A DNA stretch of 63,476 nucleotides, counting the filler, from Octopus bimaculoides (lineage: Eukaryota): the NCBI RefSeq assembly GCF_001194135.2. It is 7 parts of 7 records of this genome, joined end to end, with 100 filler letters (N's around TTAATTAATTAA, not from the genome) between each part and the next. Parts side by side here need not be neighbours in the genome. Positions count along the whole stretch, not along the records: positions 1 to 22,303 come from NC_068999.1; 6 more parts are not named here. One strand, written 5' to 3'. A program made the position numbers and the translations under genes. The number at the start of each line of letters is the position of its first letter. Position 1 is the first letter of the stretch. The notes under the pieces were generated by a model that saw only the letters and a program-made list of their open reading frames with translations, did not search any database and was not told the DNA's origin. Positions 1 to 10,520 of this stretch are shown here, one piece after another.

Positions 1-1751
1 TGTAGGGGTATAATGAAATTTGTGGTGTTTGCATTTGTATTGTTTTTTAGAAAGTCTAATAAGTGTTCATTTTTTGTGTTGATGGCTGTTACGTTTGTGG
101 TGTGTGTGAGTGCTGGTGTTTGCGGTGGAGAAGGTGTTGCTATTTGTTGTGAGTGTGTGTTGTTGTTGCCGATGATGTTGGGAAGCTCACCTTTTTCGCG
201 CCTCCCCTCTTTGACACTCAATAATAATAATAATAATAATAACTATAGCATTGGTGATGATTTCATTTATTTGCCGGAGGACATCAGATGAGGGTGATAT
301 GACAAGGACCATTTACAATTTGTGTTGAAGGGTTGTGTAAAAAAAGAGAGATAAAAAAGGAGGGAACATAACGATAGAAGTATTGATAATATGCAAGATA
401 TGTAAATTCATGAATGATGCAGTCCTCCTGATACAGGAGAACCTCTAAATAGGGCAACCAAGGAACCCCCACAGATTCAGGGTCACCTTGACTCCTAAAT
501 GCGTGACCCCTTGCCCAACTGTTCTCCGATTTACAGGCACGTGCTTAGAGTAGGTCCTTTCATCCTAACCATTTCTGCCACGGTCACACACTTTTTCACA
601 AATTCATGGGAAGAGAGAGAGAGAGAGAGAGCATGCCCTCTCCACCAATAACGATGATGATGATAAAGTTTGACTGTCTGACTTCAAAAATATCGGCAAA
701 GGGTTTTGATTCAATTTTTAAAATTATTTTATTTTATTTTTGGTGGAATAGAAATGTAGTGAATGAAAAAAGATGAAAATAAAATTAAATGAAAAGAAAA
801 AAATAAAGGAGATTAGAAAAAATTTTTTTGTTTCTTTTATTTAGCTTCTGACATCTTGCTTTTTAATCCTGTTCAGCTCTCAAAATTTGATTTATAACCG
901 ACCTTGGAACAAAAGACATTTCAATGATTTCTCCTTCACACCACTTGCAGTAATCCTCACCCCTAACTTTTCTGGATGGTCACGAATTTGCTGCTTTCAA
1001 TCGGATCAAATCGGATCCAAATNNNNNNNNNNNNNNNNNNNNNNNNNNNNNNNNNNNNNNNNNNNNNNNNNNNNNNNNNNNNNNNNNNNNNNNNNNNNNN
1101 NNNNNNNNNNNNNNNNNNNNNNNNNNNNNNNNNNNNNNNNNNNNNNNNNNNNNNNNNNNNNNNNNNNNNNNNNNNNNNNNNNNNNNNNNNNNNNNNNNNN
1201 NNNNNNNNNNNNNNNNNNNNNNNNNNNNNNNNNNNNNNNNNNNNNNNNNNNNNNNNNNNNNNNNNNNNNNNNNNNNNNNNNNNNNNNNNNNNNNNNNNNN
1301 NNNNNNNNNNNNNNNNNNNNNNNNNNNNNNNNNNNNNNNNNNNNNNNNNNNNNNNNNNNNNNNNNNNNNNNNNNNNNNNNNNNNNNNNNNNNNNNNNNNN
1401 NNNNNNNNNNNNNNNNNNNNNNNNNNNNNNNNNNNNNNNNNNNNNNNNNNNNNNNNNNNNNNNNNNNNNNNNNNNNNNNNNNNNNNNNNNNNNNNNNNNN
1501 NNNNNNNNNNNNNNNNNNNNNNNNNNNNNNNNNNNNNNNNNNNNNNNNNNNNNNNNNNNNNNNNNNNNNNNNNNNNNNNNNNNNNNNNNNNNNNNNNNNN
1601 NNNNNNNNNNNNNNNNNNNNNNNNNNNNNNNNNNNNNNNNNNNNNNNNNNNNNNNNNNNNNNNNNNNNNNNNNNNNNNNNNNNNNNNNNNNNNNNNNNNN
1701 NNNNNNNNNNNNNNNNNNNNNNNNNNNNNNNNNNNNNNNNNNNNNNNNNNN

Positions 1752-1905
1752 ATCTCTGACAACTATATCTGGCCTATTGGCCTTAATTTCTCTATCTGTG
1801 TGTATTGGCATATCCCAGAATATGGTTGCTTTCTCGTTTTCTGTGACCTTTTCTGGCGTGTGTTTATAACATCTATTTTCTGTTGTTATTCCATAGTGTT
1901 GGCAT
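1752..1905 (-). mobile_element. R4/Dong-like (restriction-like endonuclease) non-LTR retrotransposon fragment
   Basis: Minus strand translates CQHYGITTENRCYKHTPEKVTENEKATIFWDMPIHTDREIKANRPDIVVRD, matching the W-D..I.TD..I.ANRPDIV start of the PD-(D/E)xK endonuclease of R4/Dong-type ORFs. The 5' junction abuts (ATT)n and the rest runs into a gap. Confidence 0.8.
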
Positions 1906-1958
1906 ATTATTATTATTATTATTATTATTATTGTTGTTGTTGTTGTTGTTGTTGTTAT
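1906..1958. repeat. (ATT)n(GTT)n microsatellite
   Basis: Direct reading. Confidence 0.95.
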
Positions 1959-1960
1959 TA

Positions 1961-2108
1961 AGGCAGTGAGCTGGCAGAATCATTAGCATGCCGAGCAAAA
2001 TGCTTAGCAGCATTTCATCTGTCTTTATATTCTGAGTTCAAATTCCGCCAAGGTTGACTTTGCTCTTCATCCTTTTGGTGGGGTTTTCAAAATAAGTACC
2101 AGTTGACC
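1961..2108 (+). mobile_element. tRNA-derived SINE family A, 5' part
   Basis: Head GGCAGTGAGCTGGCAGAATC with A-box-like TGGCAGAATC and B-box-like GAGTTCAAATTCC; homologous to the 29205 and 32704 copies. Confidence 0.85.
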
Positions 2109-2202
2109 CTTTTGATACCAACCTGCTTAAGATGGTGGCTGCTGGCTGGGTTCTTGTCAAACTGCTCAACTCATTTCAGCATGTTAATGGGTGTTAAATG
2201 AT

Positions 2203-2233
<31 letters not shown>

Positions 2234-2243
2234 NNNNNNNNNN

Positions 2244-2320
2244 GCCAGGTCTGGGTATTGAAACCATGATCCTACGACTGCGAGTCCGCTGCCCTAACCA
2301 CTGGGCCATTGCGCCTCCAC
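2244..2320 (-). mobile_element. tRNA-derived SINE family D head
   Basis: Reverse complement GTGGAGGCGCAATGGCCCAGTGGTTAGGGCAGCGG...GGTTTCAATACC; same head as the 59289-59653 copy. Confidence 0.8.
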
Positions 2321-2579
2321 TCCATAACGATACAGTTTCATATAAATAACAGCAGCAGCAAAAACAAAAAGCAAAAAAAACCATCAAACTGAGAGAGAGA
2401 AGGGTGAGGTGGGGGGAATCTTTCAGTTGATGGTTTATTTATCTGTTAACAAATGTTCGTTGTCATTTATGATGTTTTATATATAGTCTCCTGTCCTCAA
2501 GCTTTCCATATGATTCATTGGAGAAGTTCTGCTGGTGAAAACCCCCGGAATGTTTCTGGGTGTTTTTCAGTAGCTATAA

Positions 2580-3010
2580 ATAATTTTCTGTCTGTCTGTC
2601 TGTCTCTTGTTATTTCTTTTGTACTCTCTCTCTATTGTTCTTCCTTCCTTTCTCACCCTTTCTTTTCTCTTATGTCTATCGTCCTTTCTCTCACCCCCAT
2701 CACACTTCTCTTTCTCTCTGTTATCCTTTCCCTCCTTTTCTCTTTCCCTCTCTCTCTATCATCCTTTCTCTTTCCTCTCTCTCTTTCTCTCCATTAATTT
2801 CTCCATTGTTCTTTCGCCTTCTTTCATTCTACCATTCTCTCACTCACTCTCACTCACTCACTCTCACTCACTCACTCACTCTCTCTCTCTCACTCACTCA
2901 CTCGCTCTCTCTCACTCTCTCTCTCACTCACTCTCTCTTTCTACTCATCTTCCTCTCACTTTCTCTCCAAATTCATTCTCTTACTCTTTCATTCTTTCTT
3001 TCCCATTCTT
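2580..3010. repeat. CT/CACT-rich polypyrimidine simple repeat
   Basis: Direct reading; explains the Ser/Leu/His ORFs. Confidence 0.9.
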
Positions 3011-3649
3011 TCTTCCACTCGTTTCATCCAACTTCGTTATCTAAGGTCTCGGCTAATTTTCTGACTCAGTCCTTACTGTACAAATGGTAATTCCATTATC
3101 AACTCCAGGAGTGTTGTGAACTGATAATAAATCTTTATTTTCTGTTTTAATTCTCTTGTAAATTTTTGGTTTGGTTTAGGACAGTGCCAAGAAGCTTACC
3201 ATATAGCACAGAACATAGAACAAAGAGTCTTATACTCATTTCGTTTTCATCCACAATGTTCTGAATTCTATGAAATTCTACTAACGAGGTACCCTAATAC
3301 TTATTTGGGCATTAGGAATATCTACACGGTTTGATATAAAAAGAGAATGTCCTTCGCTTACACAACTTCAAATCGAATGTATTGTAGGTTAAATGTTATT
3401 TGGGAATTGCTTTTCATCCTGTCTTTAAACTCATAATGGATAATATTGATCTTTGTCAGATTTTTCTTTTATGTGTGATTACAACCAGCGAGTTATTATT
3501 AAATGGTTAGAAAACAGTTTGGATTTCTTCGCTGTCTGAGGAAAACAGCTATAATTGTTATACGCATTCCTGTGTTCTTGTCCGTTTCGTCCGTGTTGTT
3601 ATGCTTACGCCAAGGGAGGTAATAACTCGAATGGAGATACATATATACT

Positions 3650-4036
3650 TTTTATTCTTGTTTCAATAATTTGGCTGTGGCCATTATGGAGCACTGCCTG
3701 CAAAGGTTTTTTTTTTTTTTTTTTAGTCAAAGAAGTCAACCTCAGGACTTATTCTTTGCAACCCTAGTACTTATTCTGTTGGTCTCTTTTTCCGAACTGC
3801 TAAGTTACGGGGATGTAAACACACCAGCACAGGTTGTCAAGCGATGGTGCGGAGACAAACACAAAGATACATAAATATATATATATGACAGGCTTCTTTC
3901 AGTTTCCATCTACCACATCTACTCACAAGTTCTCTGGTCAGCCTAAGACAGTTGACCAAGGTGCCACGCAGTGTGACTGAACCCGGAACTATGTGGTTGG
4001 GAAGCAAGCTTCTTACCACGCAGCCACACCTGCACC
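3650..4036 (-). mobile_element. tRNA-derived SINE family B, full length
   Basis: Head GGTGCAGGTGTGGCTGCGTGGTAAGAAGC with B-box GGTTCAGTC, internal TA tract and tail ...GTGCTCCATAATGGCCACAG...GAAACAAG; homologous to the 10129, 13270 and 60470 copies. Confidence 0.85.
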
Positions 4037-4663
4037 TATATATATATATATATATATAATGCAAAGAATATATATACATGTATACACACATATATGTACA
4101 TACTTACATCTACATGTGTATATACATGCATATCAGGGTACAGGACGTTAGAACAATAAACTACAGACAACGGAACGAACACATAGGAAAACGGAAAGCC
4201 ACTTGGAATATCCCTTCATCAGCTGTCTCTATTCTATTTAGACGTTTCGATACATACACACACACTGTTATTAGGTTTAAATGCTTATTGGTATTATGAA
4301 AATAAATGTACACACTCATCGGTAGAAGGGAAAGTATATATGATTGTTACATAGATAGGTAGGTTTATCAGTATATCAAAAGTTATGCAAATAGAGAGAT
4401 CGCTCAGCTGAACTGAAATGAAATAAAAATAATCTCAATTGGTAAATAACTTCAACTGAGCCTTGTGAGTGGTTGGACAGCAAAATGTGTAGTTTGTTTA
4501 CATATTTGTATTTTTTAAAAATTTCCCTACTTGTTAACTGTGCTTTAATGCAGTTAATTATCGTCTGCTCAATCGAAACGTTTGTTAGTAAAATATGAAC
4601 AATGATAGGCAACATTAGCTAAAAAGAGAAGGAATGAAATGGATTATCTTTTTAGGACATGTC

Positions 4664-5023
4664 AGCCTCTTTAATAATTGCATAGAATCCACCTCAATAA
4701 CAGGTACACAAGAAGGTAGGGGCTTCCTAATTCTTTGCATGAAGCTGGCTCCAGATGACCAACCTTCCTTTGATGTTGGAACGATTTCAGTCCCTTGTGA
4801 GGCTACCCTCCTCTATGATAATACACAAGGCACAGGGATAGGCATCTAACAAAATTGGAATATATTTGCCGTATCCTGTGTTCAGCCATGGACGATTGTA
4901 TGTAGCATTTTCTCGGGTCAGGAAATTATCTAATGTGGCCGTAAGATTTGTTAAGACCAACAGACAAGGCAAACAAGTTAAAACTCTTAGAAAAAAAAAA
5001 TCATTGTGTATAAAAAGTACTGA
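4664..5023 (+). pseudogene. Helitron/PIF1-type helicase C-terminal relic
   Basis: LFNNCIESTSITGTQEGRGFLILCMKLAPDD, then a frameshift, then RFQSLVRLPSSMIIHKAQG*ASNKIGIYLPYPVFSHGRLYVAFSRV, matching the PIF1/Helitron motifs (M.I.KAQGQ...GIYLP.PVFSHGQLYVA.SRV). Stop at 4839-4841; ends IIVYKK-like. Confidence 0.85.
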
Positions 5024-5701
5024 AAATGTAAAACTAGAATTTTATTCATCTCATGTATATGTATGTCATTCATATTACATTCATCTCATACCGTTTGTAA
5101 AGTATTTTTTGTGATCACATACAATGCCTATTTCGTATACGTCTAAATTCGTTCATGTTTTGTATTTCTGTTTATATATGTATGTCACATAGTTTCCATA
5201 GTTCCATTTGTAATGTGGAATGTTTGTATCTAATTCTGTGAGCTTGTGTGTCTGTTTTGATGCGGACATCATAATCATAGTTTGTGTTTATTTATTTACT
5301 TTCTAAATATGTAATGAAGATTGTAAATAACAAATACCTAATCAATATCTACCTACCTATCTATCTATCTATCTATCTATCNNNNNNNNNNNNNNNNNNN
5401 NNNNNNNNNNNNNNNNNNNNNNNNNNNNNNNNNNNNNNNNNNNNNNNNNNNNNNNNNNNNNNNNNNNNNNNNNNNNNNNNNCTCCTTCATCAGCTGCCAC
5501 CATTAAAACACCGGCGTTTCGAAGAATTAAGTTTTATCTTATTTAATTCCTCTTTTATTTCCTTAAACCATAAAGCACATCATATCTGTCAAACGTATTA
5601 CAAAGAGGTAAATAAACAATACCTTCGAAAATTCATTTCAATTATATTTAAAAACACCTGTTTTTATCAAACGGCAGGATATCAAAAGAACTTTTTGAGG
5701 A

Positions 5702-6359
5702 TCTAGTTCAAAACGGGGGCACCAGTTTTCATTTATGTTTTATGTAGTGTTTTTGGTACCAAAAGACTTTCAAACTTCGTATACTTATCTATTTTGTGTT
5801 ATAGAACAGAAAAAAAATTTTGTATTCGAAGTTATTTCATGTAAAAAATTGTCTTATTTCGATAATTTCAACCAATCACTGACAAGTATTCAGATGTTTA
5901 CAGTTACTCCTTTGGCAGTTTAAGCGGTGTAAAGCGCTGACATTTTGACATTTTGCAGAGAGGCAACACACGTGTGTTCGTTTTTCTTTCACGCGTGTTT
6001 ATTTCGTTAACATCTGCCGGAACTGTATGAAAGGTTTATTAGCTACTGCCTAACCCTAACCCTACTGCCAATATGCTTCAGTCATTTTTTGACAAGGAAA
6101 TAATAATTTTATCACCGCCAGAATCGTTTGAGAATCGTTTGTTTACGTAGTCAGCACTTACTGTATTCGGCTGAATGGACGCCAGTCATTGGTTGAAATT
6201 ACAGAAATACGACAACTTTAACATGAAATAAGTTGCAATATAATAATTTTTCTTAAGAAGACAAAGAGAAAAAGATGTTTTATATGACACATTCTGCCAG
6301 TGTCCCAAGTTTCAAAGTGTTTCGTTAAGAAAATACTGGCGCCCCCGTTTTGAACTAGA
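5702..6359. mobile_element. Non-autonomous TIR element (MITE), 658 bp
   Basis: TIR TCTAGTTCAAAACGGGGGC(A/G)CCAGT at both ends, with imperfect subterminal inverted similarity over ~200 bp. No clear TSD; superfamily unassigned. Confidence 0.85.
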
Positions 6360-6360
6360 A

Positions 6361-6447
6361 CACAACGCACCACCTGGTCTAGGAATTGAAACTACGAACT
6401 AACGATCGTTAGTGCAACACCCTAACCACAAGGCCATGCACCTTCAC
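6361..6447 (-). mobile_element. Degenerate tRNA-derived SINE head
   Basis: Reverse complement GTGAAGGTGCATGGCCTTGTGGTTAGGGTG...GTTTCAATTCC. Confidence 0.7.
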
Positions 6448-6479
6448 ACGACACACACACCCACACACACCTCTTCTTG

Positions 6480-8900
6480 TTGAGTTTATTGACGTACATG
6501 TTTTTGTGCTCATAGACTGACTTTGACCCAAAGTCATCGGTCACAGGCCAGCCCCATTATATGGTGTCCTTGATTTTAGACGCCTGTTCTTTCTTTGAAA
6601 TTTAGCTTCTCAACTGTCGAATGAATCTTCTTAGTATAACATTTTGTCATCTGTTTTTTTTTAAAGCAACTCATAACAGTTATTGGTTCTCTTTTTTCCC
6701 CTTTTTTCCTTCTACGCAGTTTAGCCGAGGTTTTCGGAATTTTCTTGGTTGTACTTGATTGGCAAGTACGACCTGATCCGAGATCGCGTGCCGAAGCTGA
6801 AGCCGCTTCGCCACGGAAGAAAGAGTGATTTAATAACACACGAAGCTGTTAAACAACAAACTTCTTTCACGCAAATGATTGACACTAAGGTTTATTGACT
6901 CGTTTCAAAAGCCACTCGAGATGGAATTTACTATTAATGTAAATGTAAATAGTGTCAGATGGCTTCAGGTTAATTCGCGGCTCAATGACGTAAATGTTTA
7001 CCTTCTGTGACAATGTCACATTCAATTACGGGATCCTTTTTTTTTTTTCTTTTCCAGTTTGAACTGCATCTTCGTATTTTATTTATTTTACGTATACGCA
7101 AATATAATTTTTTCACGGCAGTCACAAACATTTTTGGAGAAATTAATTATAGAAAAAAAAAAAGAAAGCCAAGAACCTTTGAAAGTTGAATGTTTTAATT
7201 TAATTTAATTTTATTGATTTTTGTAATTTTAAACCAATCAGATCCAGTCGTTTGCTTCACGCCGTCGCTATGTTGTGCAAGTCATATTTTTTAGTTTCAC
7301 TTTCATTTGTTTCCAATATGCGTAGTAAATATGACAAATTGTTTACCTTTTGGAGAAAGTAAAATTGGATGTTTTCCCGTTTTCTTCCAACTATTTGAAG
7401 GTTTTTTTTTTCAACCCCCAATTAATTGTTTTCATATTTTCAACATAGGTGTAATTTTTTTTATGCTGATGAATATCGCATAGAAATATCAGCCGAAATT
7501 AAACTAAAACACATGGATTGTCAATAAAAAGAAAACGATGATAAAACATAACAACGTAACGGAATGTCATGGAATTAACGAAATTGGGATATGCATTGCA
7601 GTATCTTTTGAAACAAGCCTTGTACTTGATACCTGCAGCGCCACATGAGCTCACAGAGGCACCGATTCTATTGTAGAATGATTCGTGCCACAACGCCGTT
7701 TATTCCTTCGCTTAAGACAGGTACTCGTACTTTCTACTTGCTGACTATCAGTCCCGTCTTGCGAGTTTACTCACTCAACGCTGTGGGTTCACCATTCTGT
7801 GGCGAAATTTATATCCTGGTATGCACGCCCACAGGTCACTGTAAATAGTTTATTCTCAGCAGAATTGATTAACGAATGCATTCTTCGAGTGTTCTACGAT
7901 CACGAGAAGGTACAGTGAAACGGAAATCGTCTGCACAGACCTCCTGTAAATGAATTTTTGTCATCTACTGCCGCACCAATCATTAGTTCTTTACAAAAAC
8001 TTATCGCCGACTCTTTGACCCAGCTGCATGTAAATAAAATTACACTTCTAAGTGGAAGGGTTCCCCCCTTTCGTCCCCGTGCCTCTTTTAAGAAACACAG
8101 ACTTTCGGCATAGTCTCCTATTACATTTAGTAATCGTAGCCATAGGATTAATGAAGCGGAGTTGTCATGACAAACTGTTTCGACTTTCACTGTAAGGACG
8201 GTGGCTTAAAATTCATTGGTTAAAAATACTAACTTTAAATGCTTCTAACTTCTTTATTGCATATTCTTCGAAATAATAACTGCAATATTCGTCATTAGAA
8301 TGCAAAGTTATAGCAAAAGTGCATTTTTCGAAAATTTTTAGATTAATATTTATGATTGGAAGATATGAAAAAGAGCCGTATAATTTGAAAACCAGTTTGA
8401 AAACGAAAACTGTTTTAACGAAAGCAACAAATTAACGTCTACAATGAAATTTTGCGATACACTGAACTTCGAACGCGGCTCGTCACACAGCGGGCCACTG
8501 GTTTCCCGTGGCTGGCCTAAACTTTTAACCTTCTGTTGACTGTTATGGGAGCATCTCCAGATTATATTGTCTGCTAGATGAGATGTTGGGATTAGCTGGA
8601 TCCGATTGGTTAAATTTACAAAAATATTTCAGTCTTAAAAGGTTCGTTATTTTTTGATGGTTCGCTTCTGAAAAGAAAAAAAAAAGGGGGCGGGGAAGAA
8701 AAAAGGTTGTGGATTTTACTATCGGAATGAAAAACTATCTGTACAGGAATTTTGAATAGAATTGGAAGAGATAGTTCAAATCGGAATGATAGCAATTACT
8801 TGCGTTGTCTAAAATGCGCTATTCGAATTCTTGTTCTGTTGCGAAGCTCATTAAGTCTTATTTAAATTTTCGCATTAACATTACGATCCGTCCTTTCATT
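6480..8900. promoter_or_regulatory. Repeat-poor, CpG-containing candidate regulatory region
   Basis: No recognisable TE or long microsatellite for ~2.4 kb. CCAAT boxes at 6756-6763 (-), 7234 and 7977; TGATTGACAC 6876; TGACGTAA 6986; TGTTTAC 6995; strong polypyrimidine-AG at 6688-6719. Short motifs are weak evidence. Confidence 0.3.
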
Positions 8901-9329
8901 TCTTCCTCTTGTTGTTATTTTTCATTTTCATGTTCAAAGTTTGAGGGAATCGTATGCTAGAATTCCACAAAAGATACAGCTGCTTAGGAACTCCATTAGA
9001 AAAGCAAATATGAATGAACTCTAATAAGAAAGAATGTGTAATTACATCTTCGTACAACACTGCGCCATACTTCGTTGCGAAAGCTCTAAGAGGTGAACTT
9101 TCAGGTCAAACAAATAAATGTTGAAGATGAAGGTCACTTTAGGAATAAATAAATGAAAATATTTTATGTAACATAACATATTGTTACCTCCTCATTACAA
9201 GGATTTAGGCGAACTTTAGGTAAGAGTGATTTTTGAAGGTCAACGTCAAAGTATTATCCAATTCAAGGTCAAAGGATGAATGTGGTTCGCAATAGTATAC
9301 TTGTGTGTGTGTGTGTGGGGGGGTGAATT

Positions 9330-9539
9330 GCTCGAAATGTGGAGTAGATGAACAGCAGACAACTGATGAAGGGTCGTTCTTTATGTTACTTGTCTTGTTT
9401 TCCATTTGTTTCTTTCGTTGTTCGCATACAAAAGTTGTCTCCTTATTTCATGTTTTCGCATTTCGTGTTGTTTACGTTTTATGACGTCCTGTACCCATAT
9501 ATGCATGTGTGTGTGTGTGTATATATATATATAGATATA
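9330..9539 (+). repeat. TA-associated repeat family carrying CTGATGA (possibly Penelope-like terminal repeat)
   Basis: GCTCGAAA...CAACTGATGAAGGGTCGTTCTTTATG...GACGTCCTGTACCC then (TA)n. Related copies at ~4130-4250 (-), 22550-22710, 56040-56240, 58345-58580 (-) and 58915-59150. Confidence 0.6.
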
Positions 9540-9948
9540 NNNNNNNNNNNNNNNNNNNNNNNNNNNNNNNNNNNNNNNNNNNNNNNNNNNNNNNNNNNNN
9601 NNNNNNNNNNNNNNNNNNNNNNNNNNNNNNNNNNNNNNNNNNNNNNNNNNNNNNNNNNNNNNNNNNNNNNNNNNNNNNNNNNNNNNNNNNNNNNNNNNNN
9701 NNNNNNNNNNNNNNNNNNNNNNNNNNNNNNNNNNNNNNNNNNNNNNNNNNNNNNNNNNNNNNNNNNNNNNNNNNNNNNNNNNNNNNNNNNNNNNNNNNNN
9801 NNNNNNNNNNNNNNNNNNNNNNNNNNNNNNNNNNNNNNNNNNNNNNNNNNNNNNNNNNNNNNNAATATACAAATAATAACAACAGACGAGGACAGGTGGT
9901 GTAAATAACAAAAGTATATATTAGTATGACGCTCGGGAATACGGAAAG

Positions 9949-9985
9949 TCTTTGACGTTTCGAGCTACGCTCTTCAACAGAAAGA
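9949..9985 (-). ncRNA. Minimal type I hammerhead-like motif 1 (A6U core variant)
   Basis: TCTTT-CTGTTGA-A-GAGC-GTA-GCTC-GAAA-CG-TC-AAAGA: stem I 5 bp, stem II 4 bp, palindromic ACGU stem III, GUC triplet. Lies in a ~9865-10080 repeat. Confidence 0.6.
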
Positions 9986-10128
9986 ATACGGAGACAAGGA
10001 GAAAAACACGGAGAAAAAAAATTGAATAGTGTTCAGTCAACGGTCAATCATAATAATGGCCGATCATAACAATGGCTGACACATATATGAGAGAGAGAGA
10101 GAGAGAGAAAGAAAGAAAGAAAGAGATA

Positions 10129-10520
10129 GTGCAGGCGTGGTTGTCTGATTAAGGAACTTGCTTCCCGACCATGTCATCTTGGGTTCAGTCCGACTGCGTG
10201 GCACTTTGTGCAAGTTTCTTCTGAAGCCCAATTGCCTTGTGAGTGGTTCTGGTAGACGGAAACTAAAAGAAGCCCGTCGTATATATGCATGTTATATGAT
10301 CGTGTTTGTGTTTGTCGCCTCCCCCACGTCCTTTGACAACCGGTGTTGCTTTGTTCGTGTACCTGTAAACTAGCGGTTCAATTAAAAAGACCGATAGAAC
10401 GAGTGCCGAGCTTAAGCAAAATAAGTACTTGTGTCGCTTCTTCCGACTAAAATCCTTGAAGGCGGTGCCCCAGCATGGCCGCAGTCCAGTAGTCCAGTGA
10501 CTGAAACAAGTAAACAAAGA
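10129..10520 (+). mobile_element. SINE family B, diverged full-length copy
   Basis: Same head, body and GGCGGTGCCCCAGCATGGCCGCAG...ACTGAAACAAGTAA tail. Confidence 0.85.

Noticed and set aside
481-570. Nested stems GGGCAA/TTGCCC and GGGTCAC/GTGACCC (about 451-515)
   Set aside because: Single copy in the window, no covariation evidence and no recognisable RNA class.
3525-3580. CTGAGGA followed by an AACAG/TTGTT hairpin in a possibly Penelope-like stretch
   Set aside because: GAAA and UH are missing; too decayed to call.
4376-4615. Minus-strand ORF (LPIIVH...IINCIKA) vaguely like a Helitron helicase segment
   Set aside because: Opposite strand to the clear relic and too few identities.
7466-7498. 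CTGATGA...GAAA spacing like a hammerhead
   Set aside because: No stem II, III or I pairing in register; the local hairpin GCTGAT/ATCAGC sequesters the core.
7565-7576. TGTCATGGAATT matches the first 12 nt of insect miR-281
   Set aside because: The match stops at 12 nt and no pre-miRNA hairpin surrounds it.
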